DNA from: Nageia nagi
Taxonomy: Eukaryota; Plantae; Pinophyta
Reading direction: 5' to 3'
DNA: 64,000 nt
NCBI GenBank assembly: GCA_050084985.1
Contig: JBITNC010000001.1
Coordinates: 53,072,001 to 53,136,000, forward strand
Each line of letters starts with the position of its first letter. Position 1 is the stretch's first letter. The notes beneath the pieces are model-generated. The model was not told the DNA's origin. It did not search any database and saw only the letters and a list, made by a program, of their open reading frames with translations. The translations under genes were made by a program, and so were the position numbers. Below, piece by piece: positions 12,890 to 23,850 of this stretch.

Positions 12890-13650
12890 TAACCTAAACC
12901 TTAAGTAAAATGTTTTAACCTTAAGTCAACATTTTAATCCCTAGGTCAACCTTTTTAACCTTAAGTGAACATTTTTAACCTTAACTCAACATTTTAAACC
13001 CTAAGTCAACACTTTAAACCCTAAGTCAATATTTTTAACTTTAAGTCAACTTTTTAAATCCTAAGTCAATATTTATAAAACTAAGTAAAAAAAATTTAAA
13101 CTTGAGTCAAATTTTTAACTTTAAGTAAAATATTTTAACCCTAAGTAAATATTTTAAATCATAAGTAAAATATTTTTAACCTTAAGTCAATATTTTTAAT
13201 CCTATCTTAATATTTTAAACCTTAAGTCAACATTTTCAACCATAAATCAACTTTTTTAACCTTAACTCAACATTTGTAACCCTAAGTCAATATTTTTAAC
13301 TCTAACTCAACATTTGTAACTCTAACTTAACATTTTAAATACTAAGTCAACATTTTAAACCCTAAGTCAACATTTTAAATCCTAATTCAACATTTCTAAT
13401 TCTAAGTCTACCTGTCTAATCCTAAGTCAACTTTTTTAACTATAAATCAATATTTTTAACCATAAATTAACTTTTTTAACCATAAGTCAGTATTTTTAAT
13501 CCTAAATTAATATTTTGAACCCTAAGTCACTTATTTTACCCTAAGTAATTGTTTTAAACTCTAAGTCAACATTTCTAACCCTAAGTCAACAGTTCTAACC
13601 CTAACTCAACTTTTTTACTCCTAAGTCAACATTTTAACCCTTAAACTTTT
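12890..13650 (+). repeat. 20-21-bp minisatellite, consensus ~AACCCTAAGTCAACATTTTT
   Basis: Roughly 35 degenerate tandem units, each carrying AACCCTAA or AACCTTAA. Confidence 0.9.
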
Positions 13651-14021
13651 AAAATCTAAACTCTATCTGAGTTCATTCTTCTTTCTAAAGTTAGAGTTTA
13701 ATTATCACATCAAAAGGAGTGTGAGTGAAGATCTAGGGGACCAATTTGCAAGCAAAAGTTGAGAGAAGATTGGGGATCGCTTCACAAATCTTCAATTCCA
13801 TAATTTTGATAAGAAGAGGTTTTGCACTGCAAGATTTGTATAGAGTTTTGTTTGGCCATAGAAATGTGACCTATTTTTATGGGCACTATTTCATTTTAAT
13901 TTTAATAATTTCATAAATCACAAATTTATTTCCTTTTAATTGCTTCTCGTTGTAATTATATAAGGTTGTAAGGGCAATACAAAAATATGCAAGACAATCA
14001 TTTCAAATTCATCATAGAATC

Positions 14022-14181
14022 CAGCAAGTGTAGGGGAGTTGGTGAGAGGGGTAGTTGAAATCTCTCGAGTTGTTCACGGGAGACCCCATGTTCAAATCTC
14101 ACCCCCTCACTTGCAAGTGGATATGACTAATGTAATAAATGGTGGGTGTTAATTCCCTGCAAACCTTCATTCAAAAAAAAA
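14022..14181 (+). mobile_element. tRNA-derived SINE
   Basis: 17-bp TSD AAATTCATCATAGAATC (14005-14021 and 14182-14198), poly(A) tail, B-box GTTCAAATC, and a tRNA-like closing stem GTGAGAGGGGT...ACCCCCTCAC. Confidence 0.85.
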
Positions 14182-15065
14182 AAATTCATCATAGAATCTC
14201 ACTCGACTCGACTGTGATGTTTTATTTTATTCACACTATAATGTTGCTAAAAAATACTCCTAAACCATAACAATCCCTAGTTCAACCTAATTAAGTTGTC
14301 TTGTTCATTTATAGACAACACATATTTATTCAGAAAATAATTTATGTTTTTGAATTGTTCTCTTTTGTGTAACAATACAGTTGCAAAAAAATTGATCTTT
14401 TATCACTGAAAAATTTAAAAGTTAATATATAAATTAAAAATATAAACTAAAACAAATAAATAATCAAATTTAATTATTCTCTCGTTGTTCCAACAAAATA
14501 ATTTGATCCCAACATTATTATAAAGATTACAACATTTCATTACATAAATTTAACCCTCACCGCATCTTATTCGAGAAGCCTCCAATTTATTATATTATTT
14601 ATTCAATACATTATTTATGTTCTCAAACAAAAAGAAAGGCCTCCCATAAACGAGCCTATAGCAGTAAAAGCCTCCAATATTATTGCAGTCTCTAGACGTA
14701 TTTGAATAAATAATACTATGTTATTATACTTTACTACCTTGCAATAATATTAATAGGTTTTAAATAGAATTCAACAATTTATATATTATAATTACAAAAT
14801 GAAATGGTAATAAATTTCAATATATATCATTAAAAAAATAATAAAATAAAATAAAATTCTAAAAATATTCAGTTAAATGAAATTTATGGAAAGAGATGAT
14901 TTATGTGAATATTACAATAAACCTTTAGTATTAATATATTTTTAATTAAAATTATTATGATACTATAAAATATAATTATACTTTCCTAAAACATTATTAT
15001 ATATTATTTAAAGGTGCAAAATCTCAAAAATAATGTTTATTAGTTTCATAAGAATCTACCTTCTA

Positions 15066-15200
15066 AGATATCTTAAAGACATATTTAAAAACATCGAGAG
15101 GTATCGATCTCCAAGCGCCTATCCTGGAAGTCATTCTAGAGATAGACACCTCAAGATTGATACCTCTTGATGCTTTTAGATATATGTCTTCAAGATATCT
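15066..15200. repeat. 135-bp foldback (inverted repeat), MITE-like hairpin
   Basis: AGATATCTTAAAGACATAT..GAGAGGTATCGATCT pairs with AGATTGATACCTCTTG..ATGTCTTCAAGATATCT. Imperfect pairing continues to a small loop near 15132. Confidence 0.75.
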
Positions 15201-15676
15201 AAGCTAATTTAAAACCTTTAGTTTTAGGAGCTATCAAAGTTTATCAAGAAGTAAATATATATCAATTAAGTATTTGAATGATTATCTCTCATATAATTAA
15301 ATTGTATAATAAAATTGCTAAACTTATTTTAGTTAACATATTTTCCATATTTTATAAAGCGTGATGGAGATGAATTGTTAATTTCAATCTTTTAGAGTAA
15401 TTCATTTCAAGAGGTTTCATAATGTTAAAATATATTAAATACAAAATTTAAGAAGAATAATGATAACCAATTAAGTACTTCAACTCTTTAAGTTGAAAAC
15501 TATGAAAATATCCATTAATTTTAAAAAATTCAACAACTTAATATAAATGTACTATTTTTTCGCAAAAAAGTAAGAAACATTAATTTTGAAAGAAATTATT
15601 TCCTTTTATTTTTCTGATCTAAAATCGAATTGTTTCATTGCAACAAAATAAGAACTTCACATCAAAAATCTCTTTG

Positions 15677-18600
15677 TGATGATTCTGTCGATTTGAACAA
15701 CGCGTAAAATCGACTCCAAGTTTGTTACTTATGAAAGTTTGCAATTTGTTAAATTTTTGTATTTTATTATTATTATTATAAAATTAAAAATGCAATAGTA
15801 AAAAAAATATATATATATAGCCCAAAGTCAAAAAAAGAAAGGGTCGACATATTAAATTTTCAACAGGGACAAAACCCCCCCAAACCATGCCAAGCATGCT
15901 GATGTGGAACAGACCACGTGAAAAAAAATAGGCCCCGCATGAAGGAGGTGATGCCCCGTAGAGGAGGATGGACCTGCAGGGAAATGAATCGAATACGAGA
16001 TGAGGTAGTAGCGATGACGTGGACCCCGCCCTTTGAATCCACCCTAACGAATTAGAGAATCACGTATAAAAGAAGCAGCTACCACGCAATGTGGAGGTCA
16101 GATCCTACGAGACGGAGGGGAAGACCACCATGGAGCTCCGCTGCAGAAGGGAAACTGGTACGTGAAGAACCCGCCATAGTGGGATGCCAGTACACGGAGG
16201 ATGACGTCATTCTAAAAGGGGGCGGCTAAAAGGAGGGAGCCACTGCATGCACATCCACACGAATACTAGTGATTTTTTTTTAGTCAAACTTCTTAATAGT
16301 TTACAGGAGAAAAGAAGTGAATAGACTGAAAAAAAGACAAGTGTTGTAAATAGTGATATAGTTTCAAAGGTTGTACAATAACTTCACAATAATACTTAGA
16401 GCCTATTTGGGTAACATCTTTTTGTGGTGTTTTAATTTTCTTGTTCAAATATTTTGCTATTACATTTGGGAATTAATTTATTTTCTAAGTAAGATAAAAG
16501 GTAAATTTTAAATAATCCGTATGTGATAAAATATTTTTATGGATTATGTTGGTATCAGAGTATTTTGATTACATGGGAAGTTATTAATATTTATTCGTAA
16601 GACTTTGTTTGGTTGTAATTTTTTTTACATGATTACTAGATCACAAAGTAAAAGAGGTGAATGAGAGATTGTTGAAGAAGATCCTTAGATTTGATTGAGA
16701 ATTTGGTTGCGGAAACAAAGAGAAGCTAAAATGGCAAAAGAGAATTCATCTATTACAATGCAAGAAATTTTTTCAAAAAGGCTTAAGATGATTGAAGAGA
16801 CATTAAGTAATCTAGTTCATACTATTACAAATTTGCAAAAAAAATCGAGATGATGAAGGAAAAGAAAAAAAGAGTTCATACATTAGGGAGAGTTCTAAAA
16901 TAGAGCAAAGATTTCCCTTGAAGATGGAGGTGAAGTTTGAGCTTAAATCCTTTGGAGGAGAGATGGATCCCGAAAAGCTTAATCGATGGTTTAAGTAAAT
17001 GAAGGCCTACTTTCAAATTTAGAAGATTGAAAGTGATGAGGATAAAATCGAAATAGCTACACTCAAATTAGAGGGCACATGCACGAGTTTAGTGAGAAGC
17101 CTATTTGGATTCCATCACAAGTTTTATGGAAAAACTAGTGAAAAGATAAAGTGCATTCAAAGAATTGCTTCGAGATTAGTTCTACCCCCTTGGCCATCGT
17201 CAAAAGCAAACCATGGAGTGGTATCATTTCAGGCAAGCAAAAGGGCAAAGTCTCCAAGAGAACACCATTGAATTTAAAAAAAGAGCTACCTTGCTTAGTG
17301 TGCCTTTAAAAATTGATAAAAGTTTGTTGGAAGTATATTAGAGGTCTTCATAACTATTTTCGCCACACCATATTTCTTTTCAAGCCTACAAATTTGGATG
17401 AAGAATGTGTCCAAATGCAATATCTAAAGGAATGTGGGAGGCTTAATAGAGAGGAATACCATTTCAAGCCAAAATAAAAAGATAAAGTTTTTGCATCCTC
17501 TACAAAAGAGAAGAATAAGAAAAAAATGAAATTATTCTCGTTACGATAAAGATGGTCATACAAAGATGGGTGTTGGAAACTTCATCCCAATCGAACACCT
17601 AGGTGATGTGTGTGTATATATATATATCAAAGTTAAAAAAAGAAAGGGACAACATATTAAATTTTCAATAGGGAAAAAACCCCCTAAACATTGCCAAGCA
17701 TGTTGATGTGGAACAGACCACGTGAAGAAAAATAGGTCCCACGCGAAGGAGGTGATGCCATGTAGGAGAGGATGGACCTGCAGGGAAACACATCGAACAT
17801 GAGAGGAGGTAGTGGCGACGTGGACGCCACACTTGAAACTTGCCTTGATGACTCGAAGAATCACGTATAAAAGGAGCAACCACCACACAACATGGAGATC
17901 AGATCTTGTAGGCGAAGGTGGAGATTGCCATGAACTCATGTTGCAAAAGGGAGATCGGTACATGAAGAACCTGCCATAGTGGGATGCCAACACGTGAAGG
18001 ACGATGTTAGTCTGAAAGGGCCCACCTAACACCTAATAATGAGTGCAAGGGTAAAATGAGGGACGCACACACCTATCGAGCATAAAAGTTATGCCAAACT
18101 CACTGCTAATCTTAAATCATAGCCATCATGTCAAGTACGTGGAGGGGGTACCATGGATCTGTCTAGTGCCAAGGCATCTGCCCATTATTTTTGACTATTC
18201 AAATATCATTGTTGGTGTGCCAAGTGGCATTATTTTTTTGGAGTCGCTCAAATTTGATAGCATTGGGTAAATGGTTATTCTTGAATTATTGGGCTTATTA
18301 TAGTTTATTTGATATTTTTAAATAGATTAGGGATCCACCAAAAAATGTGGTGGGATCTTATTTAGGAGATTTTAAAATGGGGTGTTATTATTTCTCTATA
18401 AAAGAGGGGATACAATATTTGTTTGTGTGAGTTATTTTAAAATTTGTAAAGGTGTCAAATTTTATTATTTGTAAAATGGTTAAATGTTGGATGTTATTCT
18501 TGGAGGTGGGTAATATTTCAAAGGTGTTGAAATATTTATAAATCCTAATTGTTAGGTGGTTATAGCTATTTTGGAGGAAGATCAATTTAGAAAGAGATTG

Positions 18601-18987
18601 GTTGGTGGCCACAACCAAAATCAACTCTAAGTGGGGTGGTGTTAATTAATTAGTTGTAACAACATTTTTGTTTGCTAGCTTCCTTAAATTTATAAAAGGA
18701 AGACTAGTGATTTTTTTTTTTAGTTAAAGTTTTTGCTATTCTATGGGAGAAAAGAAGTGAAGAGAGGTGAAAAAAAAGCTAAGTGTTGTAAATAGTGAGA
18801 CAGTTCAAGGGTTGTACAACAACTCCATAAAAATACAAAGAGCTCATTTGGGTAACATCTTTTTGTGGTGTTTTAATTTCCTTGTTCGAATATTTTGCTA
18901 CTATACTTGGGAATTAATTTATTTTCTACGCAAGATAAAAGGCAAATTTTAAACAATTCATATGTGATAAAATATTTTTACGGATCA
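15677..18987 (+). mobile_element. Internally deleted Ty3/Gypsy (CRM-like) element: two LTR-derived repeats around a gag remnant, no pol
   Basis: Direct repeats at about 15810-16235 / 17625-18030 and about 16262-16546 / 18700-18987. PBS TGGTATCAGAG at about 16550. Gag remnant MEVKFELKSFGGEMDPEKLNRWF and zinc-knuckle tail CWKLHP. No convincing TSD. Confidence 0.75.
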
Positions 18988-19127
18988 TTTTCTTACAAAT
19001 ATTTCTAAATTATCTAAATCTTCATTTATGAAAGTATTATTATTTTACTTTTTAGATTGAAGATACTTTATACCATTTTTCTCAATTTTAAAAGGTATAA
19101 TAGAATGAAAGATTTATAAACAATGTG

Positions 19128-19290
19128 AATATGTTAGAAACGTTGGAGGGAAGAGGGTTGCCAAAATTCTTCACTAAAATGTGGTAGACCCAAGTTCAAA
19201 TCTCATCCCTTCTTACAAGTGAACATAATTGCAAACCATGTTGGATGATGGTAGGTGCAAATGATAATTAAAGATAACCATTTTAATTTA
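19128..19290 (+). mobile_element. Degenerate SINE copy
   Basis: Head similar to the 14022 SINE, including GTTCAAATCTCATCCCTTC. Confidence 0.5.
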
Positions 19291-19413
19291 AAAAATGAAA
19301 CTTTTTTGTAAGAAATGTTATCATCAAATTTTGTAATATTTTGAAAATTATGAAATTCAAATTTTGTAAATATTGGTTTTGGATCCTCATATATATATAT
19401 ATATTTCATCCAA

Positions 19414-19663
19414 TCATGTTAGAGGAATTGAAGAGAAGGGGAAGTTGAAAACTCTTAAGTGTAAAAAGAGAGGCCTCATGTTCAAAACTCTTTCCCCTCA
19501 CATGCATGTGGATATGCTAAGCCCAATCGATGGTAGTTAGGCTAGTTGGCATGAATCAAGTCAGGTGCGACTCCTAGACGACTTTGATGGGAGAGAACCC
19601 TAAAGAGTTGGAATTTAATTCCATTATTATTTCCCTGCAAGAGCAGTTTACTAACAAAAAAAA
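19414..19663 (+). mobile_element. Longer SINE of the same family
   Basis: Shares the head (gttgaaaactct..catgttcaaa..cccctcac..gtggatatg) and the 3' ttccctgcaa motif plus A tail with 14022-14181. Confidence 0.65.
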
Positions 19664-20749
19664 TTTCAATTTGTCTTTACAAAATGAATTATTTTTATTG
19701 AAAATATAAATAATAACATTAAATAATAAAAATAAATATATTTTCAAATTTTCTCACCCCTAGATGGTAGAATAAGTAAAAGGAGTTTATACATGAATAT
19801 TAAAAAATGTTAAAAAGATATGTTTGATTACAATAATAACATTTAACTTCATTGCATAAAAATATAATCATGATTTTTAAAACTATAATTGATATGCTAT
19901 TATTTTATATGAGTACATGACAACATCAACTTAATGTTAAAATGGTTATTTATCAATTTTTAATGTCAAGAGGTGTTCTTTAGTTGTAGCGCAGGGGTGG
20001 AGTGGAGAGCTAAAATGTTGCATGTGAGTTCATCGTTAAACATCAGCTTCAATATTTAAAAAATAAATGAATCAACTTTTTTATTTAAAAAATAAAGTTA
20101 GCTTCAAAAATATAATTATAACATTAAAATAGCATATAAAATAAATAATATAACATTAAATTAAATAAATTAATATATAACATAAATAAGCTAATATATA
20201 AATTAATAAATTAACATTAAAATAAATACCAAAAAATATTAAGAAATGAGATAGGTGTGTAGGGAATGATATGTCTTGACGTTTTTTTGATATATAAGAA
20301 GCTATATCAAAGCTAGTTAATGAGATATGTATCTTACATAAAGATAATTATTTATCAATTTTTAATAAGATATGTATCCTACATCAAAAATAATAATTTA
20401 AAATTATTATAAAATAAAATTTTTGTTGTTGAATTGAAGTGAAGATTTTGAATAACTTCCACAACCTTTTACATTTAAATCTATCACCACATATCCAAAA
20501 TTCACCAACTCCCTTTTAACAAATAAAGATGAATAAAAAAAAATTAATATCAATTAATATTACAATAAAACTTTGTCAAAACAAATTAATAAATAATTAA
20601 AAAATATAAAAAATCAATATACAAAAATTAATTGTATTAAAATACTAATCTAATTAAATATTAAATTACTCAACCTTAAAAAAAACTTTCAACATTTGTT
20701 CTAGTAGTCAATTATGTAAACATCTTCAACATTTTCCAGAAGTCGATTA

Positions 20750-21135
20750 ACTAGACGTGTACGCTTTTAACGTGTGAATACAAGTCAAGTATCTACACAC
20801 GTTATTCCCAAAATTATGTCATTCTATCCGTCTTAGATCCTCTGCTTCTACAGAAAAAAAAAACTACACAATAATTATAATTTCCACATTTATAAATTCG
20901 TGCGTGACTATTTCTTGTCACGACTCGCGTCTGCCTTTGCACCGCAACTCTTTTTTGGGCTGCTATACACTTTATCCGTACGGATTTAGCCATACAATTC
21001 CACCTACAAAGTGGCTCGCTCCGTCAATTGGTTTCTAGAATTTATGTTCTTGACCTAACTCATTCACATAGAATACTACAAGTATTTCGCTTACTCCACG
21101 GTGAATTAAATCCCATCAAAATTTTTCACAGCACG
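20750..21135 (+). promoter_or_regulatory. Putative promoter and 5'UTR exon of the host gene
   Basis: CpG-retaining stretch after AT-rich DNA, three ACGTG/CACGT cores (20755-20802), TATA-like TTTATAAAT at about 20889, and a strong donor ACG|GTAAGT at 21135/21136. The TSS cannot be determined. Confidence 0.5.
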
Positions 21136-21312
21136 GTAAGTTTCCGGCAGTTTACAGGAGCGAATTACTGTAAGGAAGAAGGAACGGAGGCGGAAAATTA
21201 TATGAGAATGAAGGCTGTTCTGTGGCTTAAATGATTGATTTGAAATTTATTAGACAATCTATTGTGTTTAATTTGTAGTCTATTGCATCGATGTTTAGAA
21301 ACCGAGGAGAAC

Positions 21313-21493
21313 ATGGCAAATTTTCTGAAAGTCTGTGGAGGATCGTTTGTTTATGCAGTTTTAATTATTTTGAGAATCGTATGTTGGGATGGATTGAATG
21401 TTGAAGGTTTAAATTATTCGGATTATAGGGTGTTGTCGGCCACGATATATCCTAAGGTTAGCGTTCATCATTACGACTGGCGCTATATCAGAG
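21313..21493 (+). CDS. Host gene coding exon 1: TMEM8/PGAP6-like (DUF3522, At2g46060-type) membrane protein
   Basis: aacATGG start. MANFLKVCGGSFVYAVLIILRIVC (hydrophobic signal peptide)...YDWRYIR. Donor AG|GTATGG, phase 1. The YDWRYIRV motif is recalled from the plant family. Confidence 0.8.
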
Positions 21494-22499
21494 GTATGGA
21501 ATTATGTTCCGGGAATTTGTACGGTTTTTGCTTTGAAAAATGTAGCTTGTTTTCTCGACCTTTTGTGAATTGCATAGGCTTCACTGTTTTGGTTCATATC
21601 CTTTTTTAGAGCAATTATACTTGAAATGAGTTTTATTTTTTCAATTTTCTGAGTTTCATTGCATTCAATTTCATTGAGTGATTGTCAATAAGCTATTGCA
21701 TGAAAAGCTCTTTTGAGTCTTTACCTGCCTTACTTGGTTCATAGTAGTCACCTTCCTCTGCTGGTATACAAGAAGATTGTTATACATCTTTCATTGAAAG
21801 TTGTATAACATTGTATACGCTTAATTGCTAGATGAAAATTCATTCAGATAACATAATATAAAAAATTAATTCAGATAACATAATATTAAACTATTTCTTA
21901 TCTTTTCAGCAACCTCTTTCAATATAAAAGGAAAACATCAAGCTTCAAATATATATATATATATATATAAATTGTCCATAATCTGAGCTCACTGATGGCC
22001 AATGATTTCACCAGCCTACAACTGCTAGGGTTGGTAATGACTAACAATTAAGGGGGTGCCTTATTTCTCTGGCTTTAGCGAGCCATAGCTATTCTCATTC
22101 TCTCTATCTCAGAGAGCGAAATAACAATAGAGAGCAAAATAGTGACATCTCCACAATCAAAAGCAAAAAAGATTTAGAGGATTTAAAAATATTTGCAAGA
22201 AAGCAGAAATAATCTTTTAATTTTGAATTATAATCCAAAGACTTGCTAGCACTCATTTTTTTTGCTAAAAGTTACTAGAACATCATTTATACCTTAATAT
22301 ATAGTTCCATCTTCATTGTTAGCCGATGCAATCCAGAGTGCACTTAAATTTACATATGTATTGTCATTTGCCTCCAATTTAACTGTGTTTTTTAGCAGAG
22401 TATCTATGCTCAAATCAAGCTCTTCTAAACTGCCAATGGCGATGAATCATGATATTTATCAAATTGTCAAATCTTTCTAGAGTGGTGAATGCTTCACAA

Positions 22500-23260
22500 G
22501 TTTGCAGCCAAGGGTCTTGAAGTATTTTAATTGAGTTATCAATTATTGTTCTTCTTGGCTTACTACAATACTGCCAAACTCTTTAATATGAGTTATTTTA
22601 AAGTCTTGAAACTTTTAGATCATCTCCCTAATGCTTTTTAGTATTAGTTGTATCTTCCACCCCCCTTCCATTCCTTCTAAGATATATTGAACAAATAGCT
22701 AAGATTTTCCTTTCTGCCCAAATCATTGGAATTTTAATTTGTATATAGATTCTTAAACCACTCGATAATATGTGTACCTTAACCTCATTGTTAGTTCGAA
22801 CATTGATATTCACCACAAATTGAGCTACAATTTCCCCTTGACTGTTATGTATTATTCCCTACACCCTTGCTTTTCAAGATTCCCTTTCTAAACCCCATCA
22901 ATATTTAGTTTCCACCATCCTATTTTCATTTGAGTCCAAATTGAAGAATATGAAACGTTTTCTACATGTTTTGGAATCAAGTTCGTACTTTATGTATTTG
23001 CTTCAATTGTTAATCATTAAAGCTTCTATATTTGGGATAGGTTTGTTAGATGTAGAAGTCTTGTGCTTTTGCATACATGTTTCTATATTTTTTTCATTCT
23101 TTTGTCCCAAGCTTATTCCATGTAAGAATCCTCTTATATAATACTCACCACATAAAGGCCTTAACTTTTGGCGGACCTCCCTATTATTAAACTTCCTTCC
23201 AAATTATCATAGTTTTATTAAAAAAATTGATCTGTAATCACCAATAAACTATGTTTGTTT
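22500..23260 (-). mobile_element. L1 LINE remnant (zf-RVT start and RNase H)
   Basis: Minus strand reads GPPKVKAFMW..KRILTW and GWWKLNIDG..KGN..IIHNSQGE..RTNNE..GL (RVT_3-type RNase H). Confidence 0.7.
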
Positions 23261-23302
23261 GTATCCTTAAATACAAATGTACTTATCAATTATTTATGTT
23301 AT

Positions 23303-23850
23303 GTAAATTCTGGAAAATGTATGGAATAATCAAAATCCATACACACAAATTGATGCAATATTTTATAGTTCGCCCCAATGTGGGGTTACATCCACTTTCA
23401 ACGAGCTCGGATTTTATTGATCACAAATAGAGTTACAGTCACCAGAGGCCTAAGTGCTCCTTCCTCAACATGGACATAACATTCACACAAATTGGTCTTG
23501 CCAATAACAAAACAACTCTAGATCAATCCCTATCACCAACTCTACAAAATACCTCTGCTCTGCATTGCTTTTTTTCAAAATGAGGTGCGAACTCATATTG
23601 ATAGACATCAAAATGATTTTTGAGCTTCCAATTACCTTGACTCTTGGCCTTCCATCTTCTTGTTGCTTGTTGTTTTGTCTTCCTAAGTGTCTTCAACTTC
23701 CTGGTGAATTTTGTAATTCGGAAGTCCTGCTAAAATAACCTTTTCTGAAATATCCATTTTCTAAAATTGCCTTGTCGAATATAGCCATGTCGAACGACAT
23801 GGCCATGAACCTTTGTCAAACAACATAGCCACGAACCCTTGTTGAATAAC
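23303..23850 (-). mobile_element. Partial LTR-like sequence interrupted by the Gypsy at 23851
   Basis: Starts TGTAAATT and carries a U5-like segment (tagttcgccccaatgtggggttacatccac) resembling those of other LTRs in the window (about 45825, 28925). Confidence 0.4.

Noticed and set aside
12890-13650. CRISPR-like array
   Set aside because: The units are contiguous and degenerate, with no unique spacers or cas genes, in a eukaryotic context.
14040-14112. Functional tRNA gene
   Set aside because: D and anticodon arms are not canonical. The poly(A) tail and TSD indicate a SINE.
15860-18032. Repeated minus-strand ORFs (60, 73 and 158 aa) as a duplicated gene
   Set aside because: They lie in GC-rich duplicated LTR segments and show no domain or splice structure.
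21262-21609. 115-aa single-exon ORF in the track
   Set aside because: It starts at a TTG in the intron and reads through the donor at 21493. Only 21313-21493 fits the spliced gene.
22020-22455. Possible MITE in the first coding intron
   Set aside because: No convincing matching termini or TSD were found by eye.
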